DNA of 64,000 nt from positions 1 to 64,000 of the forward strand of contig CAWJQU010000003.1 in NCBI GenBank assembly GCA_963845145.1, given 5' to 3'. Both the position numbers and the translations under genes were made by a program. The DNA comes from an uncultured delta proteobacterium. GTDB lineage: Bacteria > Desulfobacterota > Desulfobacteria > Desulfobacterales > QNYZ01. Every line of letters begins with the position of its first letter. Within the stretch, counting starts at the first letter, position 1. This document shows positions 19,779 through 28,962 of this stretch, in pieces. The notes under the pieces were generated by a model. It had not been told where the DNA came from. It did not search any database and saw only the letters and a list, made by a program, of their open reading frames with translations.

Positions 19779-20252
19779 TTAATAATTGGTCGCAAGGCCA
19801 ACAAATTGTCCATCATTGGCTCGAATGATATCATCCCGACTATGTTTAGCGGTTAAAGGAGTGACACTGCGACCATCTTCTCCCATACTGTAAAGGTCAT
19901 AGTAGGTGTTGATCGGAACCATAAACCGATCCTTTCTCATTTTTCCTTTCCCTTTGGCTGTTTCAAAGTTGAGGTATTGGTAAGGGTTTCCCCATGGATC
20001 CTGTAAATCTATTCCCGATAATTCCGCTAAGCTGTCCGGATATTTCATATTTTCGATCACATATTTATCAATTTCTAATGCGATGACCGTGATGTCCGCC
20101 ATGGCCTCGCTGTTTTTTGATTTGCGCAAATAGGCAGAATAGGTCGGAATGGCGATCCCGGCCAGTATACCGATAATAGCCAAAACGATCACCAGCTCGA
20201 TTATCGTAAATCCCTTCGTATATTTGCTGATGGTACGCCGGTATAGTTTCAT
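19779..20252 (-). CDS. type IV pilin / GspG-like pseudopilin
   Basis: Class III signal KG|FTIIELVIVLAIIGILAGIAIP; GspG-like DPWGNPYQY and DLYSMGEDG. Confidence 0.9.
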   Translation of the reverse strand: MKLYRRTISKYTKGFTIIELVIVLAIIGILAGIAIPTYSAYLRKSKNSEAMADITVIALEIDKYVIENMKYPDSLAELSGIDLQDPWGNPYQYLNFETAKGKGKMRKDRFMVPINTYYDLYSMGEDGRSVTPLTAKHSRDDIIRANDGQFVGLATNY

Positions 20253-20632
20253 GACATTTTTTGCCAGACCTCTTGACCGTTTTTCAATTGGAAGACACCG
20301 TCATTGTAATGAGGGTTATATAAAATGGAAAATGGCCAGCTGTCTCCATTTGTATCCGCGTAAATAAAAGTATACAATCGCATTCCCCCCTTAGCCTCCA
20401 TTTTTATTTTGGTGATCACATGCTCGTTTTCCTCATCTTCACCAATAGCAAACGCAAGCGTATTCTGTGTAAATTGAATGTAACGATCTTCGTACTTGGG
20501 TGACGCCGTTTTCCAAGTACCAATAAAAAATGAAGGCACAGTGATTTCCTGCCGACATCCCGTGGCATAAAGTACTATCCCGGCAACAATGCATAGGATA
20601 AATAGCCGATGGGTTGAATTTGGGGCGTTCAT
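20249..20632 (-). CDS. small hypothetical lipoprotein
   Basis: Lipobox YATG-C after a hydrophobic stretch; FIGTW motif. Its stop overlaps the pilin start (ATGA). Confidence 0.75.
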   Translation of the reverse strand: MNAPNSTHRLFILCIVAGIVLYATGCRQEITVPSFFIGTWKTASPKYEDRYIQFTQNTLAFAIGEDEENEHVITKIKMEAKGGMRLYTFIYADTNGDSWPFSILYNPHYNDGVFQLKNGQEVWQKMS

Positions 20633-20683
20633 CTATGTTGTTTCACCAATTATGGTTTTTGGAAACTTAATATAGAGAATCTA

Positions 20684-20700
20684 TGCATAATTTATACCTA
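20684..20700 (-). promoter_or_regulatory. candidate sigma-54 (-24/-12) promoter
   Basis: Minus strand TAGGTATAAATTATGCA fits GG-N10-GC, about 50 nt upstream of the lipoprotein start. Confidence 0.5.
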
Positions 20701-20789
20701 TTTTGAATTTTTTATTTTCAAATATTTTCAATATTATAAATTTCATTAAAACCCAGAAAGCGTAATTAAGTATAAATTTTGATTTTATT

Positions 20790-20805
20790 TGTAATTCATA
20801 TTACA
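20790..20805. promoter_or_regulatory. palindrome TGTAAT-N4-ATTACA; candidate enhancer-binding-protein site
   Basis: Perfect 6-bp arms about 90-100 bp upstream of the candidate -24/-12 element, with an AT-rich spacer between them. Confidence 0.4.
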
Positions 20806-20926
20806 TTTTTGACTCTGTTTTCGAGCCTGTTTTGATATTTGGGTATCAATGGACAACAAGAAAAGACATTATAAAAGGAAGGTGAATCGAATGTGATGCC
20901 TTATCAATCTCCGATACTGCCTACGC

Positions 20927-22345
20927 CTACCGGTGATAAACCTGTTGCCGACCGAGTGCGGCTTTCGCTAAAGGCTCCACATTGACATCCACATAATCAA
21001 ACACACGCGCGCGACGCTTGCCGGGTGCCGGGCGAAGGACCCGGCCCAGGTATTGAATAATCCGCCCACTAAACCTTACCGGCGTGGCCAAAAATAACGT
21101 AGATAGGTTTTTACAGTCGAACCCTTCCCCGATGAGCTGTCCTGTGGCCACGATGACACGCACCTGCCCGGCCGAAAGGGCTGCGATTATTTTTTCACGT
21201 TGATCGGAAGGGACATCTCCGGTTAACAATTCGGCCGGTGTATCAAATTTATAAAGCAACAAGGCCCTTATAGTTTCGCAGTGTTTTTTACGATCGGACA
21301 GGACCAGGCAAATCGCGCTTGAAGAGCGGGTAACTTCAGTGGCCACATCGGCGGCGATCATCCGGTTACGTTCATCATCGGCTGTCAGTTCCGACAGCAT
21401 TTTACTATACTCGCGCACCGGATCATAATACGGTTTAAATGCCGTTTCGCGTACGATCACTTTAGCCGTCAGGACATCACCGCTTTTGACCAGTCGTTTT
21501 TTATCCACCTCGTGGTGCACGTCACCCAGATGCCAGAAAATCAGTTTTGACAATCGATCGCGCCGGAATGGCGTGGCCGACAAACCGGTCATATATTTTC
21601 CGTCAAAGGCCTTGATCGCCTCGGTAAAGGTGCGGCTCGGGCAGCGGTGGCACTCGTCAACAATCACATAGCCGATTCGTTTGGCAACGGAAGCGGCTTG
21701 CTTATACAATGACTGGACCAGAGCGACGGTAATCTTTTCTCCGATTGTTTTACGGCCGGCGCCGATAAACCCGACATCTTCAGCCTCGATGGAAAGAAAA
21801 CCGCCGATACGATCCACCCACTGATGGGCAAGATCCTTGGTGTGCACTACGATGAGGGCCGGCTGTTGCCGCTTGGCGACCATGTAAAGCGCCATGACGG
21901 TTTTACCACTGCCGGTAGGTGCTGTCAGCGTACCGAAATCACGAGCCAGCATAATATCAACGGCCTCGCGCTGAAAATCCCTCAACTGTCCGGAAAATGT
22001 AAATGCCACGGGTGTTAGTGTCCGACGCTGGTCATCCAATTGATAGGGAATGTGGTACTTATGGCAAAACCGAATCAACTGTCCGGCGTACCCTCTGGGA
22101 ATCTGCAGGGATTTTTTCCCGTAGGTCCGATAAAACCGCAAAACTTTACGCGTACCACGGTTCCAACGCCCCATTCGTTGATTTTCAACCCATTTGGGGT
22201 TTAAAAAAGTCAGTTTCTCTTTAAGGTGGGCAGCCAGCTCTGTGGAAAATCCGGTTAACCGAATCTGGCTACCGATGGTGATGCGCAGCTGGGCTGCGCT
22301 ATCCATCACCGTGTTGTTTTTATTTGTTTCCATTTCGGGCGCCAT
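20927..22345 (-). CDS. superfamily II DEAD/DEAH-box helicase
   Basis: LRDFQ, APTGSGKT, VDECH, LSAT, GEGFD and QYLGRVLR motifs. Confidence 0.9.
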   Translation of the reverse strand: MAPEMETNKNNTVMDSAAQLRITIGSQIRLTGFSTELAAHLKEKLTFLNPKWVENQRMGRWNRGTRKVLRFYRTYGKKSLQIPRGYAGQLIRFCHKYHIPYQLDDQRRTLTPVAFTFSGQLRDFQREAVDIMLARDFGTLTAPTGSGKTVMALYMVAKRQQPALIVVHTKDLAHQWVDRIGGFLSIEAEDVGFIGAGRKTIGEKITVALVQSLYKQAASVAKRIGYVIVDECHRCPSRTFTEAIKAFDGKYMTGLSATPFRRDRLSKLIFWHLGDVHHEVDKKRLVKSGDVLTAKVIVRETAFKPYYDPVREYSKMLSELTADDERNRMIAADVATEVTRSSSAICLVLSDRKKHCETIRALLLYKFDTPAELLTGDVPSDQREKIIAALSAGQVRVIVATGQLIGEGFDCKNLSTLFLATPVRFSGRIIQYLGRVLRPAPGKRRARVFDYVDVNVEPLAKAALGRQQVYHR

Positions 22346-22994
22346 TTTTCTGTGCGGTTTTTTTGATGCGAAGCAGTCCGGGGCTATTATGGCAATACAT
22401 TAAAGGGGATTGGCAACCTTTTGAAATATAATATTTTTCGATTTCATCGAAAAGCACCACTCGATCCGGCCATTTGAAGGTTTTCTCCCTTTTTTTCAAA
22501 TTCGCCCATATTGTCTGCAGAGATGGCTCGACATCAAAAACGGCTGTCTCCGCCGGGTCACACAAAAACAGGGCACACACAATCGGACGTAAACGCCACA
22601 GGCATCCTTCGGCGCCCAAAAAGATACATTTGGTTCCAGGATTTGGCTTTTGGAGAACGGTCTCAAGCCGATTGAGGGCCTCTTTGTCGGAGATCATGGC
22701 ATTGATGACCACTTCAGCAAAAAATGCAATAATACCGTCTTTCCCACAACAGGCGCTTCTTTGATTGGCATAGCAGGACTGCGTGCAAATATGGCTGAAA
22801 TAGCGGTTCAGGAAGGCATCCAATTCTGCCCGATATTCGAGGTAATCCGCTAACGAATCCCGCATCTGTTTCATCGCACCCAGCGCAACGCTGTCCAGAT
22901 GATGACGGACAAGACGCAATGCATCGAGTTGTTCTCTCTGCCATGGTGTTATTTTATTACGGTCAACGGGCATCTGCCTTACCGTTCTTATCAA
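22320..22994 (-). CDS. cysteine-cluster protein, YkgJ-like (putative Zn/Fe-binding)
   Basis: CTQSCYANQRSACC ... CIFLGAEGC...RPIVCALFLC. Confidence 0.65.
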   Translation of the reverse strand: MIRTVRQMPVDRNKITPWQREQLDALRLVRHHLDSVALGAMKQMRDSLADYLEYRAELDAFLNRYFSHICTQSCYANQRSACCGKDGIIAFFAEVVINAMISDKEALNRLETVLQKPNPGTKCIFLGAEGCLWRLRPIVCALFLCDPAETAVFDVEPSLQTIWANLKKREKTFKWPDRVVLFDEIEKYYISKGCQSPLMYCHNSPGLLRIKKTAQKNGARNGNK

Positions 22995-23019
22995 TTATCA
23001 CAATATCAGCGGTGGCCCC

Positions 23020-23074
23020 GGATTCAATATGGATTCAAATTGGGTTCTAATTGGATTAAGCTTGGATTAAGAAA
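23020..23074. repeat. five degenerate 11-bp tandem repeats
   Basis: GGATTCAATAT GGATTCAAATT GGGTTCTAATT GGATTAAGCTT GGATTAAGAAA. Confidence 0.75.
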
Positions 23075-23146
23075 TGCATATACCGTGAAATTGAATATCA
23101 ATCCACCCCTGTTGCGTTAATATGTGGGGCAATCGTGTTTTACACC

Positions 23147-23175
23147 TTGCTAAAAAGTTAGTGCACAGTTATAGA
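23147..23175 (+). promoter_or_regulatory. candidate sigma-70 promoter of the pfaC-ole operon
   Basis: TTGCTA-N17-TATAGA just upstream of ATG 23195. Confidence 0.35.
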
Positions 23176-23194
23176 ATGCGATTTTTTATGTTAT

Positions 23195-26100
23195 ATGGAT
23201 AAGATGACACCAATGGCCCCCATCGCAGTGGTGGGTATGGGCGGAGTGTTCCCTGAAGCTTCCGACCTTTCCACTTTTTGGCAAAATATTGTCAACCGGA
23301 TCGATGCCTCCGCTGATATCCCTGCCGATCGCTGGATAGCCCCGCCGAATCAGATGGTCAGCGAGGGTCACCACCCTGATAAAGCTTACAATCGGCGGGC
23401 TTGTCTTGTCCAAGATTTTCGTTTCGACCCCACCGGATTGAATCTGCCGGCAGATCTGGCCCACCTCCTGGACCCCCTATATCAATTCACGCTTCATGCC
23501 GGCCGTGAGGCGGTCGCAGATCTATCCTTAGATGGTTTAGACCGAAACCGCATCGGTGTCATCATGGCTGCTATTGCGTTGCCAACCCAGGGGGCTTCGA
23601 CCTTGGCCAGACGCATAATCGGCCGTTCTTTCGAAGCCCGGCTGTTGTCAAAGCTGAATCAACCCCATCCAAAGCACTCAAAACTTTTGAGCGAACACGA
23701 ATACCTGTCGGCGACGGTTACCTCATTGCCCGGAGCGCTTCTGGCCGACGCATTCGGTTTTGGTGGCAAAGCATTCACGCTGGATGCCGCCTGCGCTTCG
23801 TCATTATACGCTATCAAGCTAGCCTGTGATGAATTAAACGACGGCCGTGCTGACGCCATGCTGGCCGGCGGCGTTTCCCGTCCCGACTGCCTGTATACCC
23901 AGGTAGGGTTCAGTCAATTACGTGCGCTCTCTCCGACGGGACACTGCGCGCCTTTCGATCAATCGGCCGACGGCCTTATGGTGGGTGAAGGTGCCGGTAT
24001 CCTGGCCCTAAAACGCCTTGATGATGCCATTTCAACGGGTGATACGATCCACGGCGTCATTCGGGGTATCGGTTTGTCCAACGATCTTCGCGGGAATTTA
24101 CTGGCGCCGGACAGCGAGGGGCAGCTCCGCGCCATGAAGAGGGCCTACGCCACCTCCGGGTGGTCGCCCCAGGATATCGACTACATCGAGTGTCATGGCG
24201 CCGGAACACCGCTGGGAGATGCCACCGAATTAAATAGCCTGAAAACCCTGTGGGGCAATGACAACAACCGCACCCGTTGTTGTTCCATTGGTTCGATTAA
24301 GTCCATGATCGGACATTTGTTGACCGCTGCGGCAGCGGCCGGATTGATAAAAACCCTGTTGGCGTTCAAGAACCGCACGTTGCCGCCATCCATTCATTTC
24401 CAGACGCCCCCCACCGGCAGCCCGCTATTTGATGGTCCCTTCACGGTTCAGACCAAAGCTGAACCGTGGCGACTCCGGGATACAAACATCCCCAGGCGGG
24501 CCGCCATCAATGCGTTCGGTTTCGGGGGCATCAATGCCCATCTGTTAGTGGAAGAATACATTGAAGAGAAATCCGCCGGTTTGCCGGTCAGCCCGTCGGC
24601 CGGCAGGCCAGCCGCCGTCATTACTGTAGCCTCCGACAGACCGGCCGACCGGCCGACCGGCCAACCGATCGCCATCGTCGGTATGGGCGCAACATTCGGT
24701 GGCATCGACGCTTTGGACGGCTTCGAGACCATGGTATTGCAAGGCCATTCCATCATCGATCGCCGCCCTGCTACGCGTTGGAAGGGGTGTGATCAGTGGG
24801 CTGCCGAAAACCTGGCCATGCGTTCCACCTCCGGGGCCTGCATAGACGAAATCCGCATTATACCAGGCGATTTTCGCATTCCACCTGCGGAGATTCCCGA
24901 TATTCTCCCCCAACATCTGTTAATGCTGAAAATCGCCAGAGACGCCTTTCGCGACGCTGGATTGGCAACCGATAATGAAAGCCCCGGCGTCGGCGCCATC
25001 ATCGGTATCGACTTTGATTTCGAAGCCACCAATTTTCATCTTCGCTGGGATCTTTTCAATCAGGTCAAGCGATGGAATCAAGAATGGCATATGGGGCTTG
25101 ACGCTGCAGCACTTGACCATTGGCGGGAACAACTCGCCGAGGCCATCTCGCCCCCCCTAACCCACGCAAGGACCCTGGGAGCCCTGGGAAGCATGGTGGC
25201 CAGCCGCTTGGCCCGGGAATTTCGTTTGGGTGGGCCCAGTTTTGTGATATCCAGCGGTCCCGTCTCCGGACTGCAGGCCCTCGAACTCGGCATTCGCTCT
25301 CTTCAACACCATGAGACGGATGCCATGGTGATTGGTGCGATTGATCTTTGTGCAGATGTACGGCAGGTGGCATTATCCGCCCAGAGGCTTGATTTGTCCC
25401 ACGGAGAAACCATATCGCCTTTCCACCTCCAATCAGCCCAATCGGCCCAATCAGATGGTACGTTTCCCGGCGACGGTGCCGGGGCCGTCATCATAAAACG
25501 GCTGGAGGACGCCCTCGCCCAAAACGATCAGATCTACGCCGTTGTTAATGGTATCGGAATATCCAACGGAAAAATGACCGATGCACAGTCGTTGGATGCC
25601 GCCTACACCCGGGCCGTAAACAAGGCCCTTGGAGAGGCCGAAAGTCATTGTTCTGATCTGAATCTTCTGGAACTCCATGCCAGTGGTGATCCCTTTGAAG
25701 ACGCCATTGAAAGAAATGCGCTCGGTGCTCTTTTTAAGGCCTACCCTGGGAAACATTCAACGCCTTGCGTATTAGGCGCGACCAAACCACAAATCGGTTT
25801 TACGGGGGCCGCCGCTTCAATGGCATCGGTGATTAAAACCGCTATTTGTCTACACAAGCAGCAATTACCCCCCTGGCCGGCCTCATTTGAGGTCGATCTG
25901 GATATTGCCAGTCGCTGCGATTCATCGCTACAATCCAGCCAGCCATTGGCATTGCTCTCGGAAAATACATCCCGACCAACCACCGACAATCATCAACCCT
26001 ACCGAGCCGGTGTGGCAGCCATCGCTCCGGATGGCGGTTGTGGGTTTGTCGTGCTGGAGAGCCATCAAAACCCACAGGGTAATTCGCCGAGCTCTCATAA

Positions 26101-26287
26101 GGACCCATTCGCCTCAAAAGACTCTGCAGAGAATAACACCGGGGCGACGGCAAGGCAGATAATCATACCTGTTGGCGGCCCCCCGGCGTCAACGCCACTT
26201 CCTGACGGATGGTCATCCCACGTTTCTGAAAAAAAGATCGCCGGGAAACAAACCCGGGCACGGATAGCCCGGTTGAATCGCCGGTAG
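23195..26287 (+). CDS. PUFA-synthase-type (PfaC-like) ketosynthase plus chain-length-factor didomain; N-terminal part of a split gene
   Basis: KS1 triad is intact (DAACASS, ECHGAGT, MIGHLL; NAFGFGG). The second KS-like domain has SSGPVSG in place of the catalytic Cys. No AT domain recognised. Confidence 0.88.
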   Translation: MDKMTPMAPIAVVGMGGVFPEASDLSTFWQNIVNRIDASADIPADRWIAPPNQMVSEGHHPDKAYNRRACLVQDFRFDPTGLNLPADLAHLLDPLYQFTLHAGREAVADLSLDGLDRNRIGVIMAAIALPTQGASTLARRIIGRSFEARLLSKLNQPHPKHSKLLSEHEYLSATVTSLPGALLADAFGFGGKAFTLDAACASSLYAIKLACDELNDGRADAMLAGGVSRPDCLYTQVGFSQLRALSPTGHCAPFDQSADGLMVGEGAGILALKRLDDAISTGDTIHGVIRGIGLSNDLRGNLLAPDSEGQLRAMKRAYATSGWSPQDIDYIECHGAGTPLGDATELNSLKTLWGNDNNRTRCCSIGSIKSMIGHLLTAAAAAGLIKTLLAFKNRTLPPSIHFQTPPTGSPLFDGPFTVQTKAEPWRLRDTNIPRRAAINAFGFGGINAHLLVEEYIEEKSAGLPVSPSAGRPAAVITVASDRPADRPTGQPIAIVGMGATFGGIDALDGFETMVLQGHSIIDRRPATRWKGCDQWAAENLAMRSTSGACIDEIRIIPGDFRIPPAEIPDILPQHLLMLKIARDAFRDAGLATDNESPGVGAIIGIDFDFEATNFHLRWDLFNQVKRWNQEWHMGLDAAALDHWREQLAEAISPPLTHARTLGALGSMVASRLAREFRLGGPSFVISSGPVSGLQALELGIRSLQHHETDAMVIGAIDLCADVRQVALSAQRLDLSHGETISPFHLQSAQSAQSDGTFPGDGAGAVIIKRLEDALAQNDQIYAVVNGIGISNGKMTDAQSLDAAYTRAVNKALGEAESHCSDLNLLELHASGDPFEDAIERNALGALFKAYPGKHSTPCVLGATKPQIGFTGAAASMASVIKTAICLHKQQLPPWPASFEVDLDIASRCDSSLQSSQPLALLSENTSRPTTDNHQPYRAGVAAIAPDGGCGFVVLESHQNPQGNSPSSHKDPFASKDSAENNTGATARQIIIPVGGPPASTPLPDGWSSHVSEKKIAGKQTRARIARLNRR

Positions 26288-28962
26288 TGACGGGTATTCG
26301 TCAACTCGTCGAAAACACGGCCGCCACAGATAAGGCACACCGGCGTTTTCTTGAATTCTCGGCCGATATGACCCGCATGTGTGGTGAGGCCATGTCCTTG
26401 GAAAATGATATACGCCTTCAGCATGCAGACCTTTTTGAAGCATCCGCACCCCATGCACCTTTACCCAGCGCTAACCGACAGGGCCCCTTGTCGGATAGAT
26501 CCGACGCATCCATCCAGCGCGACATTGACAATGCGGAGACAGCTCCGGCCTTTGCACGGGATAAGTGTTTAGAATTTGCCATCGGATCGGTAGCAAAAGT
26601 ACTCGGCCCCGCATTTGCCGAAGTGGATACCTTTCCCGCCCGGGTCCGATTACCCGACGAACCACTCATGCTGGTGGACCGAATTCTTTCCATTGAGGGT
26701 AAAAAAGGGGGTTTAGGATCCGGCAGAATCATTACCGAACATGATGTTTACGAAAACAGTTGGTATCTTGATGGTGACCGTGCGCCGGTTTGCATCTCGG
26801 TGGAAGCCGGTCAGGCGGACCTTTTTTTATGTGCCTATCTTGGCATTGATCTTAAAGTCAAGGGTCGCCGAACCTACCGCCTGTTAGATGCCACAGTGCA
26901 ATTTTATCGGGGGCTGCCCCGCCCGGGAGAAATAATTCGGTACGATATCCGGATTGAAAAATTTATCCGTCGCGGTGAGACCTATCTATTTTTCTTTCGA
27001 TTTGACGGTACCATCAACAATCAGCCACTGATTACCATGACGGATGGATGTGCCGGTTTTTTTACGCCAGCTGAAGTTGAAAATTCCGGTGGTATTATCG
27101 AGGTTACAGATACAGCCGACGCCTCCCCGGTTAAGGGTCGCGGCCAATGGGAACCCCTGGTTCACGTTGGCATGGAAACGTACACCGACGACGCTCTGGA
27201 ATCCCTTCGCCTCGGTGATCCGGCCGCCTGCTTTGGCGCCGCCTTTCAAGGCATTCGTATTCCGAAAAATCTTACCCTGCCCCGTGGTCGTATGCGTCTT
27301 ATCCACCGTATTCAGTGCTTAGACCCCAGCGGTGGCCGATGGGGTATGGGTTTGATTCGTGCCGAATCTGACATACATCCGGAAGACTGGTTTTTAACCT
27401 GCCATTTTGTCGATGATATGGTAATGCCCGGTACTTTGATGTACGAATGCTGCACCCATACCCTGCGGGTTCTGCTTCAGCGTATGGGGTGGATTTGTGA
27501 TAATTCAACAGCTTGTTACGAACCCGTAATAGGCGTTGAAAGTAAATTAACCTGTCGTGGACCGGTGACGCCCTCTACACGGCAAGTCGTTTATGAAGTA
27601 CAGATTAATGAGGTCGGCTATCATCCGGAGCCTTATGTCATCGGCGAGGCCCATATCTTTGCCGATGGCCGTCGCATCGTCCGGTTTGAAAACATCTGCA
27701 TGAAGATGACCGGTGTTACACTGGCCGATCTGCGATCCTTTTGGGCGGCACGCACACCCCAAACAAAGCCCAACACCGCCAGTGCCGCCAACAATCGCCG
27801 CGTCATATTTGATCATAACCAACTTCTGGCATTTGCCCAAGGCAACCCTTCCGATGCCTTCGGGGAGCGATACCGGCCCTTTGACACCGACCGATTCATC
27901 GCCCGCCTGCCCGCCCCACCCTACCTGTTTATTGATAAAATCAACCGGTGTGAACCAGAACCTTGGGTTTTGAAACCCGATGGTTGGGTGGAAGCCGAAT
28001 ATAACACCTCGCCCAACGACTGGTATTTCCATGCCGATCGTTCCGGCTATATGCCTTACGCCATATGTCTTGAAATCGCCCTTCAACCCTGTGGCTGGCT
28101 GGCAGCCTACATGGGCTCGGCACTGTTAAGCGACCAGGACCTGCGCTTCCGAAATCTGGGCGGCCGGGGAACCCTTAGTCAAAACCTTCCTGCCGGCCAT
28201 CATCGTCTCCTGACCCGTGTCCGCCTGACCCAGGTATCCAAAGCGGCCGGAATGATCATCGAAACCTTTGAATTCGATATACGGCGGGGAACAGATAGCG
28301 TGTATCAGGGTGACACCTATTTCGGCTTTTTTACCGAAGCGTCCCTGGCCCAGCAAGAAGGCATTCGCGAAACCGAACACGCCCAGATTCAACCTGACAT
28401 GCAAAGATCGACCTTGGCTGAACCCTTCCAGTTTAGAGACGAACCCCCACTGGTTCCAACGGAAATTCCATCCGGCCACTGGCAACACCCTCACCGGCTA
28501 AAATTCCCTGCCAGGGCGATTCGAATGATCGACCGCATCGATACATTCATACCTGACGGCGGCCCCCACGGGCTGGGCTACCTTCGGGCGACAAAAACAG
28601 TCGATCCAAACGAATGGTTTTTTAAAGCACATTTTTATCAAGACCCGGTCTGCCCTGGATCTTTGGGCGTCGAATCGTTCATTCAATTATTGAAGTTTTA
28701 TATAATAAACAACTTGAATAAATATATTAATGGATATTCCTTTTCCCTTATTTCACCCCACGCCCACGAATGGACATATCGTGGTCAGATCTTATCTTCC
28801 AATCGGGAGATCACCGTGGAAACGGTTATTACAAAAATCGATTATGACCCCGAACCATCGGTAACCGCAGATGGTTGGCTTAGTGTTGACGGACGACTCA
28901 TTTATGTCATGAAACAATTCGGGATTCGCTTGATTCCCGCTGGTCAGGGTGCACCTATATGA
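26287..28962 (+). CDS. PfaC-like FabA-type dehydratase domains; C-terminal part of a split gene
   Basis: RLPDEPLMLVDRI, WFLTCHFVDDMVMPGTL, RLPAPPYLFID and WFFKAHFYQDPVCPGSLG hot-dog folds. Confidence 0.88.
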   Translation: MTGIRQLVENTAATDKAHRRFLEFSADMTRMCGEAMSLENDIRLQHADLFEASAPHAPLPSANRQGPLSDRSDASIQRDIDNAETAPAFARDKCLEFAIGSVAKVLGPAFAEVDTFPARVRLPDEPLMLVDRILSIEGKKGGLGSGRIITEHDVYENSWYLDGDRAPVCISVEAGQADLFLCAYLGIDLKVKGRRTYRLLDATVQFYRGLPRPGEIIRYDIRIEKFIRRGETYLFFFRFDGTINNQPLITMTDGCAGFFTPAEVENSGGIIEVTDTADASPVKGRGQWEPLVHVGMETYTDDALESLRLGDPAACFGAAFQGIRIPKNLTLPRGRMRLIHRIQCLDPSGGRWGMGLIRAESDIHPEDWFLTCHFVDDMVMPGTLMYECCTHTLRVLLQRMGWICDNSTACYEPVIGVESKLTCRGPVTPSTRQVVYEVQINEVGYHPEPYVIGEAHIFADGRRIVRFENICMKMTGVTLADLRSFWAARTPQTKPNTASAANNRRVIFDHNQLLAFAQGNPSDAFGERYRPFDTDRFIARLPAPPYLFIDKINRCEPEPWVLKPDGWVEAEYNTSPNDWYFHADRSGYMPYAICLEIALQPCGWLAAYMGSALLSDQDLRFRNLGGRGTLSQNLPAGHHRLLTRVRLTQVSKAAGMIIETFEFDIRRGTDSVYQGDTYFGFFTEASLAQQEGIRETEHAQIQPDMQRSTLAEPFQFRDEPPLVPTEIPSGHWQHPHRLKFPARAIRMIDRIDTFIPDGGPHGLGYLRATKTVDPNEWFFKAHFYQDPVCPGSLGVESFIQLLKFYIINNLNKYINGYSFSLISPHAHEWTYRGQILSSNREITVETVITKIDYDPEPSVTADGWLSVDGRLIYVMKQFGIRLIPAGQGAPI

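Noticed and set aside
23020..23074. CRISPR array (also considered for the 41755 and 57945 repeats)
   Set aside because: Units are 6-15 bp with no unique spacers, and there are no cas genes.
25430..25456. 9-bp tandem repeat encoding QSAQSAQS in the CLF domain
   Set aside because: Short in-frame duplication with no sign of function.
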